64,000 nucleotides of DNA from Gammaproteobacteria bacterium. GTDB taxonomy: Bacteria; Pseudomonadota; Gammaproteobacteria; CAJXQU01. The notes beneath the pieces are model-generated. The model was not told the DNA's origin, did no database searches, and saw nothing but the letters and a program-made list of their open reading frames with translations. The position numbers were made by a program, and so were the translations under genes. Location: positions 2,342 to 66,341 of the forward strand of contig JBGCGE010000020.1 in the NCBI GenBank assembly GCA_045110495.1, read 5' to 3'. Of the stretch, positions 56,935 to 64,000 are shown in pieces. Within the stretch, counting starts at the first letter, position 1. The number at the start of each line of letters is the position of its first letter.

Positions 56935-57333
56935 TTAGAGAAATTGAAATGAGAAGCTAGCTCTCAAAAGTGCAATCTCATTTAACGTTTCATAAGGAAA
57001 AAATCCTCCCTCTTGTTCATCTGAATTCTTTATCCTTAACACTATATCTATATCGATAAACTCTGGTGAAATTAAATCTCGAACATAACAAAGATGATCA
57101 ATTCCACCGAGTGTTTCAAGGAGTGATGGAATTATATTATCTAGCCGACAATTATCTGATAACTCTTTGTCGAATGCGACATACGAGCGTTTTAATTTAG
57201 TCGTAACATTCTGTTTTATTGGTTCGCCTCGTTTTCCTTTTCTAACTCTAATCCCTAATAAAGATTCGACTTCATCCGGTGAAACTTCAAATCCGCGAAA
57301 ACAAAACGTCACAGACTTTTTACTATAACTCAT
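56935..57333 (-). CDS. hypothetical protein (132 aa)
   Basis: ORF only; no motifs recognised. Confidence 0.4.
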   Translation of the reverse strand: MSYSKKSVTFCFRGFEVSPDEVESLLGIRVRKGKRGEPIKQNVTTKLKRSYVAFDKELSDNCRLDNIIPSLLETLGGIDHLCYVRDLISPEFIDIDIVLRIKNSDEQEGGFFPYETLNEIALLRASFSFQFL

Positions 57334-57390
57334 ATGTTTACAACCTCTCTTTGTCTCCGCCTTTTACTCCGTTCCAAGCGCAATAAAGAG

Positions 57391-58101
57391 TCAGCCCCCT
57401 TTATTGAGTAATTCTTTAACAAACGGCACAGTCAGTTTTCGTTTTGCCGCAAGACTCGCGTGATCAAGCTTATCCAAAAAATCGCATAAAGCATGCATGT
57501 CTCTGGGTAATCTTTTGATCAAAAATTCCCCGACGTCATCGGGCAATGCAAAACTTTTTTGATCCGCTCTTTTTTGTAGAACGATCAACTTTTCAGCATC
57601 ATCTAAATCTTGTAACTGGTAGATCAAACCCCAGTTCATTCGTGATGCAAGATCGGCTAATTCAAATTCGATCGTTTTAGGTGCTGAGTTAGCCGACATC
57701 ACTAATATATGATCAAGTTCTTTTACTCGATTATATAAATGAAAAATCGCTTTTTCCCATTCTAGATCTCCCATAATTTGATCAACATCATCCAGGCAGA
57801 TTATGGGTAGTTCTTCTAAACCTTCTAAAAATAAAGGGGTGAATTTCTGTTTTTGCGATAAGGGTAAATAAACGGATTGTTGATCCGTTTCCGCAAGTGC
57901 TTTGCATAAGGCTTGCAGCAAGTGACTTTTACCGACACCTTTAGCGCCCCAGATAAATATCGATTCCTTCAGTGATTCATCTTCGACAATTGATCGGATC
58001 TTCTGCACGGCTTCTGTATTAGCTCCGTTTAAGAATTGATCGAAAAAGAAAGTTTCTGTCTGTCCAAATGTCAGAGGAAGTTGGTTGCCACTATTATTCA
58101 T
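57391..58101 (-). CDS. hda: DnaA regulatory inactivator Hda
   Basis: AAA+ with GAKGVGKSHLLQA Walker A and box VII; 236 aa. Confidence 0.85.
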   Translation of the reverse strand: MNNSGNQLPLTFGQTETFFFDQFLNGANTEAVQKIRSIVEDESLKESIFIWGAKGVGKSHLLQALCKALAETDQQSVYLPLSQKQKFTPLFLEGLEELPIICLDDVDQIMGDLEWEKAIFHLYNRVKELDHILVMSANSAPKTIEFELADLASRMNWGLIYQLQDLDDAEKLIVLQKRADQKSFALPDDVGEFLIKRLPRDMHALCDFLDKLDHASLAAKRKLTVPFVKELLNKGG

Positions 58102-58118
58102 TAATACCTTAAGGCCCT

Positions 58119-59183
58119 TTACGGTGTGTAAAAGTCGCTCTCTTTATATAGTTCATGCCAGTGACGCAAGATAACAACGATGACCGCTGCCACGGGAAGC
58201 GCGAGTAAAACACCGACAAACCCAAACAGTTGTCCGCCTGCCATAACTGCAAAAATAACCGCGACAGGATGCAGACCAATTCGATCACCAACTAGTAAGG
58301 GCGATAAAACCATACCCTCTAAAGCTTGTGCTATTCCAAATACAATGCCCACATAAACGAGATGAATAGCATCATTGAATTGCATCAACGCGGCAACACT
58401 GGCTGCGACAATTCCGACGATAAAGCCCAGATAAGGCACAAAGCTTACTACGCCAGAAATCATGCCGATCAAAAGTGCGACATCAAGTCCGACAAACATT
58501 AATCCGACAGTATAAATAAGCGTCAAAACCATCATCACGGATAATTGACCGCGAAAGAATTCAGCCAAAACTTCATCACATTCTTTAGCTAAACGTGTCA
58601 CGGTATTTTCAAGACGACGTGGTAGAAGATCATGGATTCTTTCTATTAATAAATCCCAATCACGTAGTAGATAAAAAGTCACAACCGGAATCAAAACCAG
58701 GAATGCAAGCCAGTTAACAACTCTCAGTCCTGAATCGGTTAGCTTTCCAAACACGCCGCCCATTGCGCCACCTAGACTTTCCCAGTTTCCTATAACGGCG
58801 CGTTTAAAAGCACTAGTATCTAATGTTGGTGTTTCAAAACCGGCAAATTCTGCAATTCTTGGCAGCAGGTTATTTTGAAAGTAATCAAGCGCTTCGGGTA
58901 TTTTGATGATCAGCACTGCAATTTGCTTTTCTAGTAATGGAATCATGACCAGCAGCAATATCACTGAAATCAACAACATGACAAAAAAGACGACGACCAC
59001 ACCCAGCGTACGCGAAAATTTACGCGCTTCGAGTCGATCAACTAAAGGATCGCCTAAATAGGCGAGTAAGGCACTGATCAAAAATGGTGTCAAAACCGGT
59101 GCGAGTAAATAGACCAGCCAACCACTAAAAACCAACACAGCCAACATAAACCATTTTTGTGAATCATTGAGTTTGCTTAACAA
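58119..59183 (-). CDS. AI-2E family transporter (PerM/YdiK-like)
   Basis: 8-TM permease; divergent from purM as E. coli perM is. Confidence 0.8.
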   Translation of the reverse strand: MLSKLNDSQKWFMLAVLVFSGWLVYLLAPVLTPFLISALLAYLGDPLVDRLEARKFSRTLGVVVVFFVMLLISVILLLVMIPLLEKQIAVLIIKIPEALDYFQNNLLPRIAEFAGFETPTLDTSAFKRAVIGNWESLGGAMGGVFGKLTDSGLRVVNWLAFLVLIPVVTFYLLRDWDLLIERIHDLLPRRLENTVTRLAKECDEVLAEFFRGQLSVMMVLTLIYTVGLMFVGLDVALLIGMISGVVSFVPYLGFIVGIVAASVAALMQFNDAIHLVYVGIVFGIAQALEGMVLSPLLVGDRIGLHPVAVIFAVMAGGQLFGFVGVLLALPVAAVIVVILRHWHELYKESDFYTP

Positions 59184-59350
59184 ATTTCTTCCTCTATAAA
59201 AGTGATCAAAAAATATAAACAGATCAAATTAATATAAATTGTAAATCATTTTCATCAAAACAGACGCATTCCGTACGCATGTTCAAGTCAACCCTTGTTC
59301 TAAGTCATTATAGTTTATAGAATTGTCTGTTTAGTGCACTGCGAAAAATA

Positions 59351-60397
59351 ATGACACAAATTCCACCTCTCACATATAAAGATGCTGGTGTCGATATCGA
59401 CAGCGGTAACCAACTTGTTGATCAAATAAAACCTTTAGTAAAAAGAACGCATCGCAAAGGCGTAATGGGTAATGTTGGTGGATTTGGTGCATTGTTCAAA
59501 TTAGCTGACACTGGCTACAAAAATCCGGTGCTGGTTTCTGGAACCGACGGCGTTGGAACAAAACTGCGTCTTGCCATCGAAATGCAAAAACACGACACCA
59601 TCGGAATTGATCTCGTCGCCATGTGTGTTAATGATCTGATCGTCCAGGGAGCAGAGCCTTTATTCTTCCTTGATTATTACGCGACTTCTAAACTAAGCGT
59701 TGATATTGCGACCGACGTCATCCGCGGTATTGCAACTGGCTGCGAACAATCGGGCTGTGCGCTGATTGGTGGTGAGACGGCAGAAATGCCGGACATGTAT
59801 TCTGCTGGAGATTATGATCTGGCTGGGTTTTGCGTTGGCGTGGTTGAAGAAGATCAGATTATCGACGGCAGCCAGGTTAAAGCCGGTAACGCACTTATCG
59901 GAATTGCTTCAAGTGGCCCACATTCAAATGGCTATTCGTTAGTTAGAAAAGTTTTGGAAGTTTCTAACACCAACTTAAATGATGACTTTAATGGTTGCCC
60001 TGTTGGTGAAGTACTTCTCGAACCCACCCGACTTTACGTCAAACCTTTGCTTGATGTGATCGAAGCATTTTCTATTCATGCACTTGCACATATTACCGGT
60101 GGCGGTTTGTTGGAAAATATTCCACGCGTTATGCCTGAAAATTGCGCGGCGATAATTGATCCTGAAAGTTGGAAAACGCCTGAGATTTTTAACTGGCTGC
60201 AAGAAAAAGGTAATATTGATCAAACAGAAATGTATCGAACGTTCAATTGCGGTGTAGGTATGGTTTTAATTGTTGACGATAATCAAAGTGAAGCCATTAT
60301 TAAGCGACTTTCTGATCTCGGAGAAAATGCATATAAAATTGGTCATATTAAAGAACAAAAAGGTGATGCTCAAGTCATCATTCAGAGGAAAAGCTAA
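59351..60397 (+). CDS. purM: phosphoribosylformylglycinamidine cyclo-ligase
   Basis: 348-aa AIR synthetase family. Confidence 0.95.
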   Translation: MTQIPPLTYKDAGVDIDSGNQLVDQIKPLVKRTHRKGVMGNVGGFGALFKLADTGYKNPVLVSGTDGVGTKLRLAIEMQKHDTIGIDLVAMCVNDLIVQGAEPLFFLDYYATSKLSVDIATDVIRGIATGCEQSGCALIGGETAEMPDMYSAGDYDLAGFCVGVVEEDQIIDGSQVKAGNALIGIASSGPHSNGYSLVRKVLEVSNTNLNDDFNGCPVGEVLLEPTRLYVKPLLDVIEAFSIHALAHITGGGLLENIPRVMPENCAAIIDPESWKTPEIFNWLQEKGNIDQTEMYRTFNCGVGMVLIVDDNQSEAIIKRLSDLGENAYKIGHIKEQKGDAQVIIQRKS

Positions 60398-61260
60398 TGG
60401 CACATAGCATGACCGCTTTTGCACGACACAGCTCCTCCGGAGAGTGGGGAAATGCCGTTTGGGAAATCCGTTCAGTCAACAATCGCTATCTGGATATTAA
60501 TTTACGTTTACCCGAAGAACTCCGTGGTTTAGAACATCAACTCCGCGAGAAAATATCTAACAAGCTAAAACGTGGAAAAGTCGATTGCACACTCAGGTAT
60601 AAAACTGAATCAAAACAAACCTCGCTGAAAGTTAACCTGCCGTTAGTAAAAGAATTAGCAGATGCAACTAAAGAAATAAAAAATATCGTTTATGAATCCA
60701 CTGCATTAAATCCAATAGATGTTCTCAACTGGCCAGGCGTGCTCAATAGTCCGGAACTTGATCTGGAATCAATGGGCAAAGCCATTACTTCCTTGATAGA
60801 TCAAACGTTAGAAATTCTGATCGAAACACGCCAGCGAGAAGGAAAAGCCCTCATTGATCTGATAGAAACCCGTTGTAACTCAGCTCAAGCACAAGTCACG
60901 AATATCCGTCAGCAAATGCCTGCGATAGTACAATCTTTGAATAAAAAACTAATCGAACGGGTAGAAGAAATCGTTGAGCGAATGGATGAAACTCGCCTGG
61001 AACAAGAAGTTGCTCTGCTAGCACAAAAATTGGACGTCGATGAAGAGCTAGATCGCCTTGATGCGCATATTAGTGAAGTATTGAGAGTCATTAGTCAAAA
61101 AGGTCCGATTGGGAGGCGACTTGATTTTCTTATGCAAGAAATGAATCGTGAAGCAAATACATTGGGTTCAAAATCTGCACATATGCAAAGCACAGAGGCA
61201 TCTATAGAACTGAAAGTTTTGATCGAACAAATGCGTGAACAGATCCAAAATATAGAATGA
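60397..61260 (+). CDS. yicC: YicC-family stress-induced protein
   Basis: N-terminal MTAFAR..WEIRSVNNRYLD plus C-terminal DUF1732-like region; upstream of gmk. Confidence 0.85.
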   Translation: MAHSMTAFARHSSSGEWGNAVWEIRSVNNRYLDINLRLPEELRGLEHQLREKISNKLKRGKVDCTLRYKTESKQTSLKVNLPLVKELADATKEIKNIVYESTALNPIDVLNWPGVLNSPELDLESMGKAITSLIDQTLEILIETRQREGKALIDLIETRCNSAQAQVTNIRQQMPAIVQSLNKKLIERVEEIVERMDETRLEQEVALLAQKLDVDEELDRLDAHISEVLRVISQKGPIGRRLDFLMQEMNREANTLGSKSAHMQSTEASIELKVLIEQMREQIQNIE

Positions 61261-61868
61261 TTGGTCAACTTTTCATCATTTCAGCCCCTTCGGGTGCTGG
61301 TAAAACCAGCCTTGTAAGTGCCTTGGTGAGTAAAGCGCCAGATATTTCCGTTTCAATTTCACACACCACAAGAGAAAAACGCTCCGGTGAAAACAGCGGT
61401 GTCGACTACCACTTTGTCAATAAATTAAAATTTGATCAAATGGTTGAAGCTGGTGATTTTCTTGAACATGCACAAGTTTTTGATAATTACTACGGAACTT
61501 CAAATAGTACTGTTGATTCTCAGTTAGCATCTGGAACCGATGTTATTTTAGAAATTGACTGGCAAGGAGCCCGTCAGATCAGAAAGCAAAAACCTGACTG
61601 TCGTAGTATTTTCATACTTCCCCCTTCTTATCATGAGTTAGAGCATCGCCTGAATCACCGTGAAGAAGACAGCAAGATTATCGAAAGACGTATGCGTGAC
61701 GCTATCGCTGAGATGTCTCACTATAAAGACTACGAATTTATCGTCGTTAATGACGATTTCCATACGGCCCTCGCAGATTTAGAATCAATTTTCCGAGCCA
61801 GTCGACTTCGATCAAAAATCCAACAACGAAATTTAGAACAATTACTGGATGACCTTTTAGAAAGATAA
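61257..61868 (+). CDS. gmk: guanylate kinase
   Basis: APSGAGKTSL P-loop; 203 aa. Confidence 0.95.
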   Translation: MIGQLFIISAPSGAGKTSLVSALVSKAPDISVSISHTTREKRSGENSGVDYHFVNKLKFDQMVEAGDFLEHAQVFDNYYGTSNSTVDSQLASGTDVILEIDWQGARQIRKQKPDCRSIFILPPSYHELEHRLNHREEDSKIIERRMRDAIAEMSHYKDYEFIVVNDDFHTALADLESIFRASRLRSKIQQRNLEQLLDDLLER

Positions 61869-62011
61869 TTACTCTAATTATAAAACCTCTTCTTAAATCA
61901 CCATTAATTTAATTCTGCAAGCCCGATTACAGTAAAACCCAAAGCAAAATGCATGTATTTCAAAGCTGAAAAGGCATAATTTGATGTTATTTTAAAAAAT
62001 ATGTAAAAATA

Positions 62012-62056
62012 ATGTTGCGCCGCAACAATTTGTTTGCTATGCTGCAACGCAACAAT
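62012..62056. promoter_or_regulatory. two TGTTGCG-C-CGCAACA-type operator-like sites upstream of the phasin gene
   Basis: Palindrome aaTGTTGCGcCGCAACAat (62012-62029) and atgCTGCAACGCAACAat (62039-62056), then AACAAT-N6-ATTGTT. A further TGCAACG copy lies at about 62612 before the second phasin. Confidence 0.45.
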
Positions 62057-62110
62057 CAATGAATTGTTACTAATTTTTTATTTTTCCTCATTAAATTAAA
62101 GGTGAACATC

Positions 62111-62449
62111 ATGGCTAAAACTGAACAAGTTAAACAAATCGAACAAACAATTGCTCCATTTACTGAATACAACGCTTTAGTTAGCGAAGTTGTAGAAAAA
62201 TCTTTTGATCTACAAATGTCTACTTTCGAAAAACTTGTGAAAACTGGTTTCGAAAATATGAATTCTATTTTCAATGTTAAATCAGCAGAAGACATTAAAG
62301 CATACGCAGAAAAGCAACAAACAGTTGCTAAAAGTGTTGCAGAAATGATTGTTGCAGATGCAACTGCTCAAGGTGAACTTGGTAAAACTTTTGTTGAGCA
62401 CTCAACAAAATTGATCGAAAAAAATATCAAAATGCCTAAGGCTGCGTGA
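62111..62449 (+). CDS. phaP: phasin (PHA granule-associated protein)
   Basis: Small alpha-helical Ala/Glu/Lys-rich protein (TIGR01841-like) with AAGGTG RBS before the ATG at 62111. Confidence 0.7.
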   Translation: MAKTEQVKQIEQTIAPFTEYNALVSEVVEKSFDLQMSTFEKLVKTGFENMNSIFNVKSAEDIKAYAEKQQTVAKSVAEMIVADATAQGELGKTFVEHSTKLIEKNIKMPKAA

Positions 62450-62472
62450 TAAATAGTTTAGATCAAGATCCA

Positions 62473-62509
62473 ATAATCCCGTTATCTAAATTTCAGATAA
62501 CGGGATTAT
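62473..62509. other. perfect 15-bp stem/7-nt loop hairpin between the two phasin genes
   Basis: ataatcccgttatct-aaatttc-agataacgggattat. No flanking U-run, so it may be an operator or RNA structure rather than a classic terminator. Confidence 0.6.
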
Positions 62510-62660
62510 AAACAAGTCTACTTTTGATAAAGAAAGATTAAGTAGAAAATGTAAAGATAAGGCAGTTTACAAACACACAGTTCTAAGGTCTGCACTCAAA
62601 ATAATATTTTGGATTGCAACGTTAGACAATAATTATCGAATTTTTTTAGGAGTCACACTT

Positions 62661-63125
62661 ATGAACAACCCTTTTGATTTTAGTCAGTTTTTTCCAAAAT
62701 ACGAACCTCAAGACATGATGCGCCAATTCCAGAATGCTTTCAGTCAATTTTCAACGCCACAAACACCAAGCTTTGATTTTTCATCAATGACTGATGCTCA
62801 ACGTAAAAATGTTGAAACAATTGTTGCGTCAAATAATAAAGCAATTGAATGTACTCAGGCTATTCTTACCATGCAAGCTGAATTATTTCAGGAAGCGATG
62901 AAGGATGCGACTGATGCTAGTCAATCATTCGCTGAAAATGCAAATGACAAAACTAAAATGACTGAAAAACAAACTGAATTGATGCAGACAGCTTTTGATA
63001 AAGCCCTTAAATCTTCTACAGAAATTAGTGAGCTAATCAGCAAAACACAAGAAGAAATGACTGAAACTATCTCGGTAAGAGTTAAAGAAGGTTTGGATGA
63101 GATTCGAGAATCAGTAAGTAAATAA
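62661..63125 (+). CDS. phasin-family protein (second copy)
   Basis: 154-aa helical Gln/Glu-rich protein in a PHA-locus context. Confidence 0.6.
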   Translation: MNNPFDFSQFFPKYEPQDMMRQFQNAFSQFSTPQTPSFDFSSMTDAQRKNVETIVASNNKAIECTQAILTMQAELFQEAMKDATDASQSFAENANDKTKMTEKQTELMQTAFDKALKSSTEISELISKTQEEMTETISVRVKEGLDEIRESVSK

Positions 63126-63193
63126 TTAATTCTTTAGATACTCAGTTAACTTGTCTTAAGTAATTTTTCATAATAAGAGAATTGAATACCGTC

Positions 63194-64000
63194 ATGCCTA
63201 CAGATAAAACAAATGAAGCAATTGCCGCCCTCGGTTTTGGTAAGGCAGCGCAAGCACTTTCGGATAACTTCAAGCAGTGCGAAGTAATGCTTGGAGATTA
63301 TTCCGAAAAACTCAAAAACAACGATATTGATCCGCTCAATTTAGAAAGTCTTTTCGCTGATTTTACAAAAAATCTGGCACAGGATCCCTCAAAATTGATG
63401 GAAGCAAATATGAGTTTTTTTGCTGACTCCATGAAGCTGTATCAACAGATGTCTTCTCAGATGGAAAATATTATGTCAGGAGAAGAACAAACTGAGACCA
63501 AGAAAGAAGAAGCAGATGTGGCAATTGAACCCTCTCCTGATGACAAACGTTTTCGCCATGAAGCATGGGAAAACCACCCGGTGTTCAAACACTTACGTGA
63601 TTCTTATTTGTTGACGTCCAAATGGATGAGAAACGTTGTCAGTGAAACTGAGGGAATGGATAAAAACTCAGCAAAAAAATTAGAGTTTTTCACTGAGCGT
63701 TATCTCGATGCACTATCACCAACCAATTTTGCAGCTACAAACCCTGCCGTATTAGAGCGAATGCTCGAGACTAAAGGTGCGAGCCTTGTTCGCGGCACAA
63801 AAAATATGTTGGCAGATATTGAAGCTGGCGAAGGCGAGTTGAAAATTAAAATGGCGGATAAAGATGCTTTCACACTTGGTGAAAATATCGCAACAACGCC
63901 AGGAAAAGTTATTTTCCAAAATGATATACATCAACTGATTCAATACACTCCAAGTACAGAAACTGTCCATAAAAAACCATTATTGATTGTTCCACCTTGG
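63194..64000 (+). CDS. phaC: class I poly(3-hydroxyalkanoate) synthase, 5' partial (continues past window)
   Basis: Translation from ATG 63194 gives ...DKRFRHEAWENHPVFK...LDALSPTNF...KKPLLIVPPW, the conserved PhaC N-terminal blocks. The ORF is open to the window end and is missing from the ORF track. Confidence 0.85.
   Translation, partial: MPTDKTNEAIAALGFGKAAQALSDNFKQCEVMLGDYSEKLKNNDIDPLNLESLFADFTKNLAQDPSKLMEANMSFFADSMKLYQQMSSQMENIMSGEEQTETKKEEADVAIEPSPDDKRFRHEAWENHPVFKHLRDSYLLTSKWMRNVVSETEGMDKNSAKKLEFFTERYLDALSPTNFAATNPAVLERMLETKGASLVRGTKNMLADIEAGEGELKIKMADKDAFTLGENIATTPGKVIFQNDIHQLIQYTPSTETVHKKPLLIVPPW

Noticed and set aside
59184-59350. Looked for a PurR box upstream of purM
   Set aside because: acgcattccgtacgcatg is not a good match to the ACGCAAACGTTTGCGT palindrome.

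Overview
The 64 kb window looks like chromosomal DNA from a low-GC gammaproteobacterium, and most of it is conserved housekeeping genes. Gene order resembles Pseudomonas in one stretch (murA-hisGDC, petABC and sspAB nearby) and E. coli in another (rsmI-lpoA-yraN-diaA-dolP). Four things are not housekeeping. (1) An insertion hotspot at about 7.36-10.85 kb lies between a periplasmic LigE-type ATP-dependent DNA ligase and rnpB. It holds an IS110-family element with a roughly 160 bp non-coding left end that could encode a bridge RNA. The element sits in a roughly 50 bp sequence present three times in the window. A lipoprotein gene and a 268-aa gene with a 19-nt poly(A) tract inside the reading frame lie between the copies of this sequence. 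Two tandem paralogous small genes follow. (2) A secreted protein at 11.4-12.1 kb ends in a VPLPA/PEP-CTERM-like sorting tail. (3) An envelope-protein island at 30.0-38.1 kb has low GATC content. It encodes an acyltransferase-3 protein, a membrane-anchored catalase-like protein, a 5x Ig-like-repeat protein with a C-terminal OmpA domain, a membrane protein with a duplicated helix-hairpin-helix module, and a 707-aa exported protein. (4) At 48.7-53.1 kb a receiver/RsbW-like ATPase fusion gene sits divergently from a sigma-54-dependent two-component system. Conserved genes include a partial dcw cluster (murF-murE-ftsI-ftsL-rsmH-mraZ), the cytochrome bc1 operon, ilvIHC-pssA-leuA with a candidate Leu-rich leader peptide, a Spy/CpxP-like gene divergent from a BaeSR-like pair, proS, purM-yicC-gmk, and a PHA locus (two phasins plus the start of phaC) with repeated TGTTGCG/CGCAACA operator-like motifs. 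By eye, GATC is several-fold enriched in the core genes and near random expectation in the IS and the island. All calls come from reading translations and motifs by eye; no searches were run.
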